NCBI GenBank assembly: GCA_016839765.1
Contig: JAEOTP010000078.1
Span: 1-40,265, forward strand
DNA length: 40,265 bases
DNA from: Promethearchaeota archaeon
GTDB taxonomy: Archaea > Asgardarchaeota > Lokiarchaeia > Sigyniarchaeales > SOKP01
Reading direction: 5' to 3'
Under the pieces are notes generated by a model. That model ran no database searches and was not told where the DNA came from. It saw only the letters and a list, made by a program, of their open reading frames with translations. A program made the translations under genes and the position numbers. Position 1 is the first letter of the stretch. Each line of letters begins with the position of its first letter. Shown here piece by piece: positions 18,409 to 27,325 of the stretch.

Positions 18409-18916
18409 ACTCCTTTTCAAATTCCCATATTGCATCTTGAATAGTATGTAAATTTTTTACAACTTTACCTGAATCCCTCATCTCTATTTCCTTGGCATTA
18501 TACATAGTTTTTCCGACTGCTATAGCGCGATCATGTGTTTCGTCAATAATTTGCACTATATCATTTTTTCTAATAGAGGGGTCAATTTGAGTAATTCCAG
18601 GACGCATAACATCAGCACCATTCGCAACATAACGAATAGCACCCATATCAACTACAATAGTTTTAATTTTAACTTTATTATTCAACAGAAAAGTTAAAAC
18701 AGGTATATAGCCATCTTTTTCAGTTTTCCATAGCTTTAACTCTTTATTAATAACAAACAACGTATCTCCCTTCTCTGTTTGAATTACTTCAATACTAGAC
18801 TTCTTTGGAAATACTTGGTTTAAAAATGTTTCATCATATTGCTTTAAAACATCTTCTTTTAGGGCTTTAATTTCAGATTTCTGAATAAAATGTCTATGTT
18901 TAATGTGCATAATCAT
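18401..18916 (-). CDS. DUF1947/PUA-domain RNA-binding protein (MCT-1/Tma20 homolog)
   Basis: VVDMGAIRYVANGADVMRPGI, AIAVG and GKVVKNLHTIQD-x-IW motifs. Confidence 0.9.
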   Translation of the reverse strand: MIMHIKHRHFIQKSEIKALKEDVLKQYDETFLNQVFPKKSSIEVIQTEKGDTLFVINKELKLWKTEKDGYIPVLTFLLNNKVKIKTIVVDMGAIRYVANGADVMRPGITQIDPSIRKNDIVQIIDETHDRAIAVGKTMYNAKEIEMRDSGKVVKNLHTIQDAIWEFEKEFR

Positions 18917-19009
18917 TAACTAAATAACAATGATTAAATAAAAATCTTATAACTATAATCCTTTAGTTTTTAATAAAAAAAAGATAAAATTGGATATATA
19001 AAAATATTT

Positions 19010-19333
19010 CTATTCTACAATAGCCGATAATACTTCATGTTCTCTCAATGTTTTCGCTATCTCAAGTCTTCTAATTTCTGGGGGCTCAAGGAATTTATAT
19101 GCTTCAGATGTGCTTTTGGCTAGGTCAGAATCTCTAAAAGCTTCGAGATGTTCTTTTGTGTCAAAAATGAAAACTCCACCAACTTGATTGGTGTTATTAT
19201 CCAAAACATAGTATTTTTGAATTAAACCATTAACTGTACGATATTTTTCAGCTAATATATTAGATTTCTGATTAATCTATTTTTTAGAATAAGTTATGTG
19301 ATTTTAAAAATTTATAATTCTTAGAATTATCAT
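19010..19333 (-). pseudogene. YdhR-like dimeric alpha/beta-barrel monooxygenase with 5' nonsense lesions
   Basis: The frame extends upstream of the listed TTG (19204) through AEKYRTVNGLIQKYYVLD...VGGVFIFDTKE, a YdhR pattern. It continues to ATG 19333 but crosses in-frame TAA and TAG stops. Confidence 0.65.
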
Positions 19334-19421
19334 TTCTTACGTCATTAGATAATACTCTTGTGTAAAAGGATCTGATTCGATAAAAGTCTTTTAATTCCCC
19401 TTTCTTATTTTCCCATGTTTT

Positions 19422-20045
19422 ATGAATAAAGTGCATACTTCAGCTGTTGTAATAATTCCTCCCAAAGATAAGTGGGAACCAATACAAGAAATCCGAAAAC
19501 AATATGACCGTCAGTTTAATAGATGGATGCCCCATATTACATTAATATATCCCTTTCGGCCAGAATCAGAATATAATACTATAGAACAAGAATTTTCAGC
19601 AGTATGTAAGGAAATAAAACCATTTGAAATAAAATTGAAATCATTTAAGTATTTTAATTATGGTCACCAAAATTTTACAATATGGCTCGCACCACATCCA
19701 CAAGATTCGATTATTAACCTTCAAAAGGAAATCCAAATGATTGTACTAGACTGTAATGATGTGAATTTATATAAAAGGGGTTTTACCCCTCATTTAAGCA
19801 TTGGACAAATTAAAGGAAAAAAAATATTACTTGAGATTATTCAGCAACTTGAAACTAAGTGGTATGAAATAAAATTTACATTGAATAAAATCTATTTTAT
19901 TGCAAGAGAAAAATGTAAAACATCACTATTTCAAGTGAAAAAAGTCATAAACTTTAAAAATTCAGAAGAATCATTAAAATTTTTATATTTGAACTACATA
20001 TTTAATATAATCAATAAAATTAATCTCAAAAAGAGTGAACTATGA
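19422..20045 (+). CDS. 2H phosphoesterase (2'-5' RNA ligase-like)
   Basis: Two H-x-T/S motifs: WMPHITL and FTPHLSIGQ. Confidence 0.85.
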   Translation: MNKVHTSAVVIIPPKDKWEPIQEIRKQYDRQFNRWMPHITLIYPFRPESEYNTIEQEFSAVCKEIKPFEIKLKSFKYFNYGHQNFTIWLAPHPQDSIINLQKEIQMIVLDCNDVNLYKRGFTPHLSIGQIKGKKILLEIIQQLETKWYEIKFTLNKIYFIAREKCKTSLFQVKKVINFKNSEESLKFLYLNYIFNIINKINLKKSEL

Positions 20046-20599
20046 GTAATAGTGATATTGTGTTTCAAGGCAGAACCGAGAGTATTTATAAGGTAATTGT
20101 AATCGGAGATCCTGCTGTAGGAAAGACAAGCCTTCTTACTAAATTTGCCACTAATAAATTCGAGGAGAAGTATCTCCCCACGGTTGGTGTAAATATTTTA
20201 AAAGAAATCATAAATTTGGAGGAGCAAAACGTCGTCAACTTAATGTTTTGGGATGTAGCTGGTCAACCACAATTCTATATGCTCCATCGTCCCTACTTTA
20301 ACGGTGCAGATGCTATGTTATTAGTCTTTGATATTACAAGGTCAAGTACTTTTTCCAATATTAATAACTGGTATTCTACTGCAGTGAAATACGGACTTAG
20401 TGGAATTCCTCGTCTTTTAATTGGTAATAAAATAGATTTGAAAGATGATCGAAAAATTATTATGCCAATGGCAGAGCATCTCTCTGAAAAATTAAATGCT
20501 CCGTACTTCGAAACTTCTGCATTAACAGGAGATAATGTAAAGCTTATTTTTCATAAAATAGCAGAATTGGTGTATAAATTCAAGGAAGAATTAAAATAG
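20042..20599 (+). CDS. Rab-like small GTPase
   Basis: GDPAVGKTS, PTVGV, WDVAGQ, YFNGA, GNKIDL, ETSALTG; no C-terminal Cys. Confidence 0.93.
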   Translation: MSNSDIVFQGRTESIYKVIVIGDPAVGKTSLLTKFATNKFEEKYLPTVGVNILKEIINLEEQNVVNLMFWDVAGQPQFYMLHRPYFNGADAMLLVFDITRSSTFSNINNWYSTAVKYGLSGIPRLLIGNKIDLKDDRKIIMPMAEHLSEKLNAPYFETSALTGDNVKLIFHKIAELVYKFKEELK

Positions 20600-21014
20600 T
20601 ACTTCTTATTAACTATTTCCTTTATGATTTTGATTATTTAGATTACTATATTTAAGAGTTTAGTTTATTTAGTTATTAATTCTCGAAATTTTTATTAGAT
20701 TAACTACATCTTTGCATGAAATAGTTGAATTAGCTTACAAAAAATTTTTTAGATTAATTCTTTAATAACTACTTTTAGTTCATATACTATTCGAATTTCA
20801 GTCACTTAATGTATATAATTAGATCATATTTGATATTTTGTCCAATTATTTTTTTAGGTTAAGTCTAACTGTTATTTAATTTTTCAATTAAATTACTATT
20901 AGTATAGATGAATCTTTAAAGAAAAATTTAATAGAGTTGTAATAAATGCCATTTGGAAACATTTATTAAGATGAAAGAATAAGGATTATTAGAAAGAGTT
21001 TATAGAGGATAATT

Positions 21015-22280
21015 ATGTCTATAGAAAGAGAACAAATTTTTTGGAAGTTCTTGGGCAGAAAAATGATCAGTTACAAAAGGCTTGAGACTGGTCAAGTCAT
21101 TGGTACTGGACTTTTAAATCCTCTTATTGACAGACTTAGTATACTTGTAATGATTTTTTTTCAATCAAACTTTTATAAAAACACTATAGTTGGAAAATGG
21201 AAAGGGAAGACTGTTTCAAACACCTTTGCACCACCCATTGGAAGTGGCCCAATGATTCGAGCTCTGAAAGGACTAGTAAAAAACTTCTTACTTGGTTATT
21301 CTTTTCCTATAGCCATGACTTTTGCGGTTACATATAGATGTCAATGCAAATGTGTACATTGTAGTGCAGGTAAACATATTAAGGAGGATATAAAAGAGCT
21401 TACTACAAAAGAAGCTAAAAAACTTATTGATGACGCACAAAAATTAGGAGTGACCATAATTGCCTTTACTGGAGGAGAACCTCTCCTTCGGGAAGATATA
21501 TTCGAACTTATTTCTCATGTGAATCAGAAAAAGGCAATGCCTATAATGTTTACAAATGGACAATATCTTACTGATGAAAATGTAGAAAAATTAGCCGATG
21601 CTGGCCTTTATTCTCTTTTTGTCAGTATTGATAGCCCAGATCCCCAAGAACATGATAATTTAAGAAGGATGCCTGGACTTTTTAATACCGCTATTGAGGG
21701 ATTTAAGAAAGCAAAATCAAAAGGAATGCTTGTAGGGCTTTCTTCTTACGCAATCCGTTCACATACTGAAAGAAAGATGTATAAAAAGTTACATGAGTTT
21801 GGAATGAAAATTGGTGCTCAAAATATAATTCTTTTTGATGGAGTTCCTACAGGAAGTATGTTGAAAAATACTAGCGAAGTTCTTACTCCAGAACAGCGTG
21901 AAGAAATTCACCTATATTCTGCTGAACATTTTAGAAAAGGAACAATTCCTCCGCTTTCATCGCAAGCATGGCAAAATTCTTTAGAAGCATATCTTGCTGG
22001 AATTGGGTGTTTAGCAGGAAATATTCAATTGTATGCATCAGCCTATGGAGAGATATCGCCCTGTGATTTTACACCAATTTCTTTTGGTAATATACGAGAA
22101 GAATCTTTAAAGAAAATCTGGTTTAAGATGGTCCAGCATCCGGCATATGATCATAAAAATTCTGTTTGTAGGATGCAGCTTCAAAAATTCCGGAAATTTT
22201 ACATCGATCCTATTCCTAGCGATGCTATTCTTCCGTATCCAATTGAAAAACTCCCACGCGTCGATTACAGAAAATATTAA
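21015..22280 (+). CDS. Radical SAM protein with SPASM/twitch domain
   Basis: CQCKCVHC, FTGGEPLLR, FTNG, VSIDS; C-terminal GCLAG...G-x-ISPCDF...GNIR. Confidence 0.9.
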   Translation: MSIEREQIFWKFLGRKMISYKRLETGQVIGTGLLNPLIDRLSILVMIFFQSNFYKNTIVGKWKGKTVSNTFAPPIGSGPMIRALKGLVKNFLLGYSFPIAMTFAVTYRCQCKCVHCSAGKHIKEDIKELTTKEAKKLIDDAQKLGVTIIAFTGGEPLLREDIFELISHVNQKKAMPIMFTNGQYLTDENVEKLADAGLYSLFVSIDSPDPQEHDNLRRMPGLFNTAIEGFKKAKSKGMLVGLSSYAIRSHTERKMYKKLHEFGMKIGAQNIILFDGVPTGSMLKNTSEVLTPEQREEIHLYSAEHFRKGTIPPLSSQAWQNSLEAYLAGIGCLAGNIQLYASAYGEISPCDFTPISFGNIREESLKKIWFKMVQHPAYDHKNSVCRMQLQKFRKFYIDPIPSDAILPYPIEKLPRVDYRKY

Positions 22281-22305
22281 TTATCTAAAATTTTATAAAA
22301 ATATT

Positions 22306-22959
22306 TTAAACTCCTTTCTTATCCTTAACCATTAATTTGTTTATCCAAAAAGTTATTTTTTCATTTAGATGGTTTTCAATGGTCTCAGATTTAGGATTTT
22401 CTTGATCGATTTGGACAGAAAGCGATTTTACTGTGTTTAAACGATTGACGACTTTCAAAATTTCGTTGCAAATTCGATGTCCTCCTGTAAAATCAAATAT
22501 ATCTTCCTTTATTTTTTCTAATGTGGATTTTACAACTTGAGGGTCATTTAAAGTTTTCAACTCCTGCTTTAAATTATTCAAGTTTTCAATTATTGTCTCT
22601 TTTTTGTCAGTAGCAGTTTCATCTCTATTTATTTCATTACTTGCTAATTCAGGTTGAGATGAGATTGTCCGCAAATTGGTGATTAATGATTTAATTAGAT
22701 CAAGTTCATTTTCTAAGTTATTTTGATTTTCAATAATGTTATTTAGTTGAGGGGATAAACTCTTAATATCCAGAGTAACTTTATGTAATTCATTCACTTT
22801 ATCAGTTAGCATATTCACTTTAAGATTCGTTTGTCCCATTTTAGTAATAATATCTAATCCGAATTTTTCAAGGATTGATGAGAATGATTTCATTTTTTCA
22901 TTTAATTCTTTAATGGAATTAATAATATTTTGCTCATCAAAATCATTAGCATTTGACAT
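22306..22959 (-). CDS. Hypothetical coiled-coil protein
   Basis: Heptad-rich N-terminal half followed by a helical C-terminal domain. Confidence 0.75.
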   Translation of the reverse strand: MSNANDFDEQNIINSIKELNEKMKSFSSILEKFGLDIITKMGQTNLKVNMLTDKVNELHKVTLDIKSLSPQLNNIIENQNNLENELDLIKSLITNLRTISSQPELASNEINRDETATDKKETIIENLNNLKQELKTLNDPQVVKSTLEKIKEDIFDFTGGHRICNEILKVVNRLNTVKSLSVQIDQENPKSETIENHLNEKITFWINKLMVKDKKGV

Positions 22960-23129
22960 ATAATTACCTTATTCTAAAAAGTATATTAAATATAATTCGG
23001 CGGAGTTAAAAAATTGATAAGGATCTAACAAAAAGATCAATTTTTATTTTAAATATTTATTACCTTATATAGAACTTAAATTTTTTTTCAAGTATTTTTT
23101 TGTCTAAAATTTTTACAGATTAAGACAGT

Positions 23130-24026
23130 GTGGTTAAAATAATACAATATATAAATATTCTAAGCAGAGATGGAAAATCATTCCTATTTAGGAATTATGG
23201 TAGTTCTGATGTAGATAGAGATCTCTTAGCGGGTTTCTTAAGTGCTTTTTCAGGGTTTATAAAAGAAATAAGTCAAAGTGAGATTAGATCAACTGCAACT
23301 GACGAATTTAAATATTATTATACGATTATTGATGAGATAATTATTGTAGTATGTGCGGATTTAGATGAGGATGATGCTAATGTTAATTCAAAAATTACAA
23401 CAATAAGAAGAAAATTTATAGAAAAATATGGTACTATCCTTTCTAATGGTAGTTGGTCTGGAAATCGCGCTATTTTTACAGAATTTGAAAGAGAAATAGA
23501 TAACACCATCCTTGGAGCGATCAAAGTTTCAATTATAGGAATAGGTGGAGTTGGTAAAACAACACTTTTACACCTTATATGTGGGAAGGACATTGACTTA
23601 GAATATGTTCCAACTATAAATGTAGATATTACTACTTATGATGGATTTGATGATATGCATCGCTCTATCGTATTATGGGATTTTGCAGGACAAGATAATT
23701 TTAGATCATTATGGAAAAGCCTTCTTGACAGTACAGATGTGGCTCTTCTTGTCTTAGATTCTAGTATTGAAAATGTTAAATATAGTAAAGAAATAATGAG
23801 AGATATTTTGGATAAATATTATAAAGATACTTTAGTTATAGGTATAGCAAATAAGCAAGACTTGCCTAATCGGTTAACTCCTAAATTTTGTGAGAGAATA
23901 CTTTCGGAAGCTGATAGACACCCTTCAATTAAGGTTCATGGGATGATTGCTATCAATCCAGTTTATAGAGAAAAAATACATGCTATTTTAAGGGAAGCCA
24001 TAAATAAAATATATCCCTTAAGCTAA
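23130..24026 (+). CDS. Longin-like domain fused to an Arf-like small GTPase
   Basis: N-terminal INILSRDGKSFLFRNY...DRDLLAGFLSAFSGFIKEI...WSGNRAIF (longin pattern); C-terminal GIGGVGKTT, VPTI, WDFAGQDNFRSLW, ANKQDL. Confidence 0.88.
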   Translation: MVKIIQYINILSRDGKSFLFRNYGSSDVDRDLLAGFLSAFSGFIKEISQSEIRSTATDEFKYYYTIIDEIIIVVCADLDEDDANVNSKITTIRRKFIEKYGTILSNGSWSGNRAIFTEFEREIDNTILGAIKVSIIGIGGVGKTTLLHLICGKDIDLEYVPTINVDITTYDGFDDMHRSIVLWDFAGQDNFRSLWKSLLDSTDVALLVLDSSIENVKYSKEIMRDILDKYYKDTLVIGIANKQDLPNRLTPKFCERILSEADRHPSIKVHGMIAINPVYREKIHAILREAINKIYPLS

Positions 24027-24147
24027 CATTATATTAGATTTTGAACTTGAAATCTCTAGTTTATTAATCCTACGTGTTTAGCAAGAAATCCATAAAAAAT
24101 TTAATATTTTAAATACTCTTCGATATTAACTTATTACTTGGAAGGTT

Positions 24148-25914
24148 ATGAAATTGCTTAAATTTGAAATTGAAGACATTGAGATTGAAACCCATAAAGA
24201 TGTTAGTATTTTAAAATTACCAGAATTAAGTGAAGAAGAAAAAAATTTAATCGATCCCCTTGTTGCTCCAACTTCTGGATTGAGAATTCAAATTTTAGAT
24301 ATAATAGAAGAAAATGGCAAAAAAAAGTATATTTTAACCAAACATAAGTTATTTTTGTTTCTAAGAGTCTTTAAAGCAATTAGTCAAATATTTAAAGAAA
24401 TGAAAAAAGCTCAAAATTTAAAAGTTTTAATTGTTACGGATAATCGCCCAAGTAGAAATATTTTATTAGATTATTCTTCTCAAATATTTGCATACGATGG
24501 TTATGAGATTTTTTATCAAAAAGATGATCCTAAAGAATCGAGATTATCATCACCTTATGGTGCTGCCTCAGTCGCATTATTAGAAGATATTAATTTAATA
24601 ATAGTTTTGACTGCATCTCACAATGATTTCTCTTGGAATGGAATTAAATTTTACATTGATTATCCAATTCCAATGTCAGGTGATTTGTTCAAAGAAATTT
24701 CAAAGAAGGCATTAAAAGTTAATGAAATTTGTCTTAAATCCAAATATAGCGCCATACAAGTTGATGCTGAACAATTAAATAATGATTATACCATTAAACT
24801 CTTATCAAGAATTTTAGAAATAAAGAGTTTAAAAGGAAAGAATATTGTCATTTGGCCATATCTGGGTAAAGCCAGAGGGATTGTTAACCTATTTAAACAA
24901 CTTGGAGCAAATGTGACGTTAATAGAAGAAGAGATTAATCCACCGAATCCCTTAAAAGAAATTCGCGAATTAAAACTACAACAAATAATGAACCAAGTCA
25001 ATTCAAATTTAGCATTGTTATTAGATGCTGATAGAGATAGAATCGCATTGTATGCTAAACAAAATGGAAAATTCTTCTTTTATATCCCAAATGAGATTTA
25101 TTCAGCAATGCATAATATATTAGCAAAAGTATATAATAAAAAGATTATAAATGTTCGAACTATTCCAAGTGATTTAAGAGGAGATGACACTAGTTTTTTA
25201 AATATCTTAACTGGTGTTGGATATAAACATCTCGGAATTATTTTGTATTTTCTTACTGGAATAGAAGTAGATCAATCAAAAATTGATACCGCAATTCTTT
25301 ATTTCGAAGATGAGAATAAAAACTTAATTAAAATTAATAATCCAACTCCTCTTAGGCAACAAATCGTTCATTTGATTAAAACTCAAAATATAGAAAAAGA
25401 ATCTTTTTTAATGGTATATTGGGAAGAGAGTGGAGGTCATACAATTAACATTTTAAATGTTTTTAAAATCAAAGAGACAGGTGAATATAAATTTACTACT
25501 GATTTTGCTATTATAGCAGATAAATACCCTGTTCCTGCTTTGGTGTTAATAACAGAACTCATATGTAGAGGTTATATCATTTCAGAAGCAATAGATTGGG
25601 CAATAAAAGGAATTAACCGGACAATTCATGCTATTGATGAAGAAAAAATCAAACTTATGAATAATTTTAAGAGGAATGATGGAAAAATAATTACAATTGA
25701 AGGAAAAGATTATAGTGTACAAGCATTATCTGATAATAACCAACAAATTGATATATACCAGCTCAAAAGTATCGATTCTACTCTCTATTTCAGACCTAGC
25801 GGTACAGGTCCAGATGTACGATTCTATATTTTTGCAAAAAAAGAAACTCACTTAGATGAAATTAAAAGAGTTCAAAATTTTATAAAAAAGAATTATATTT
25901 CGACAATTATTTAA
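24148..25914 (+). CDS. Alpha-D-phosphohexomutase (PGM/PMM family)
   Basis: TSGLR, TASHN (phosphoserine), DADRDR (metal loop), EESGGH and RPSGT motifs. Confidence 0.9.
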   Translation: MKLLKFEIEDIEIETHKDVSILKLPELSEEEKNLIDPLVAPTSGLRIQILDIIEENGKKKYILTKHKLFLFLRVFKAISQIFKEMKKAQNLKVLIVTDNRPSRNILLDYSSQIFAYDGYEIFYQKDDPKESRLSSPYGAASVALLEDINLIIVLTASHNDFSWNGIKFYIDYPIPMSGDLFKEISKKALKVNEICLKSKYSAIQVDAEQLNNDYTIKLLSRILEIKSLKGKNIVIWPYLGKARGIVNLFKQLGANVTLIEEEINPPNPLKEIRELKLQQIMNQVNSNLALLLDADRDRIALYAKQNGKFFFYIPNEIYSAMHNILAKVYNKKIINVRTIPSDLRGDDTSFLNILTGVGYKHLGIILYFLTGIEVDQSKIDTAILYFEDENKNLIKINNPTPLRQQIVHLIKTQNIEKESFLMVYWEESGGHTINILNVFKIKETGEYKFTTDFAIIADKYPVPALVLITELICRGYIISEAIDWAIKGINRTIHAIDEEKIKLMNNFKRNDGKIITIEGKDYSVQALSDNNQQIDIYQLKSIDSTLYFRPSGTGPDVRFYIFAKKETHLDEIKRVQNFIKKNYISTII

Positions 25915-26020
25915 AGGCTGACCCTTTGATTTTCTATACTTTTTATTTAAACTTTAATTGTAATAAAAAATTTAGACTAATTAAAATAAATTCTTTCAAA
26001 ATCACTATTTTTAGTTAAAG

Positions 26021-27301
26021 TTGACGAAAATGAAAATGCAAGAGAAAATAATTGATGATGAAATTCATGAAAAAATGACATTGGAAAACGTATTTAAAAT
26101 TTTTAATGACAACGTGTTTCCAATGTTAAATAATGAGGAAAAAGATTATTGCAAAGAATTACAAGATTTTTGCTTAGAATTACATCCAAGAATAGATAAG
26201 TCTCAAGATGTTTATGTATTGTTTCCCGAACTAGGAAAACACGGATATCTTCAACGCATTAATAAATGGAAAGATTTCACACCATACGGAATGAAAAAGG
26301 AAATTTTACTTGGTACTCATCTCTCATTATTGGACCCTCAACTCGAGCTTGCAAGATTAGCAAGCGGAATCTTATGCGGTAATCCCACCTTTCATTACTA
26401 TCAGCATGGAGGCACAGGAGACACTATACAAAAGGTTCAAGATGAATTAATGTCAGGACAAAAAATTGGATGTATTGGAATTACTGAACCTGCCCGAGGT
26501 TCTGATGCAGTAAATCTGACCACTATTTGTACTAAAACAGATGAGGGGGTCATTTATAATGGTGAAAAAGTCTATACTACAAACGGACCTAAAGCTGATT
26601 ATTTCTGTGCCTATGCAGTGTATGATAAAGCTCAACCAAGAGACACTATGGTTCAGGCAATGATTAAACGTGAATTTGGAGTAAAAACTGAACGCTTAAA
26701 AATCAACTCAGTTCCTCGAGTACATATTGCTCATACCATTTTAGATAATGTGAAAATTCCTAAAGAATATATCTTGGCAGATGATGGACTCGGCTATGTC
26801 CGATTGTTTGAAGGTTTGGTTCCGGAGAGACTTTCAATAATGGGAAGTGGAGTTGGGATATGTTGGTCAGGTTTAATATATGGTATTATTTATACTAATC
26901 TTAGACAGCAGTTTGGTAAACCTGTTATTAGATATCAAGGAGTTGGTTATGGATTAGCAGATTTGTTAACAAAAACTAATGCTGCCACTGCTTTAGCCCT
27001 CCAAGCTGCATCAGTATACGATGAGAGAATCTTATTTGCAGAAAAATCCTCAGAGGGAAAGTCAGCCGCTGAAAAGTGGGTTGCCTCTATTTCTTCTCAA
27101 GGAAAATATTATTTGGCTAAATTAACTCATGAAATTTGCTATGAAGTTCAGCAGCATATGGGTGGCGTTAGCGTGACTGATAATACTCCTCTGGATGAGT
27201 TGACGGATATAAGTAAAATAGAAGAAGTTATTGGTGGGTCAAGAAATATTCAATTACTTTTAATTCAATCCCAGATTCAAAGATTCTTAAGGCTTTTATA
27301 G
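26021..27301 (+). CDS. Acyl-CoA dehydrogenase
   Basis: IGCIGITEPARGSDA, NGEKVYTTNG, RQQFGKPVIRYQGV, QHMGG and GGSRNIQ motifs. Start may be a slightly later ATG. Confidence 0.92.
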   Translation: MTKMKMQEKIIDDEIHEKMTLENVFKIFNDNVFPMLNNEEKDYCKELQDFCLELHPRIDKSQDVYVLFPELGKHGYLQRINKWKDFTPYGMKKEILLGTHLSLLDPQLELARLASGILCGNPTFHYYQHGGTGDTIQKVQDELMSGQKIGCIGITEPARGSDAVNLTTICTKTDEGVIYNGEKVYTTNGPKADYFCAYAVYDKAQPRDTMVQAMIKREFGVKTERLKINSVPRVHIAHTILDNVKIPKEYILADDGLGYVRLFEGLVPERLSIMGSGVGICWSGLIYGIIYTNLRQQFGKPVIRYQGVGYGLADLLTKTNAATALALQAASVYDERILFAEKSSEGKSAAEKWVASISSQGKYYLAKLTHEICYEVQQHMGGVSVTDNTPLDELTDISKIEEVIGGSRNIQLLLIQSQIQRFLRLL

Positions 27302-27325
27302 ACCTTTAAAAGAAAATTTACACTA

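Noticed and set aside
19010-19333. Pyrrolysine or other stop-codon recoding of the YdhR-like gene
   Set aside because: One of the two stops is TAA and the surrounding codons look degraded.
20600-20920. CRISPR-like array from recurring ACTA motifs
   Set aside because: Repeats are short, degenerate and irregularly spaced, and there are no cas genes.
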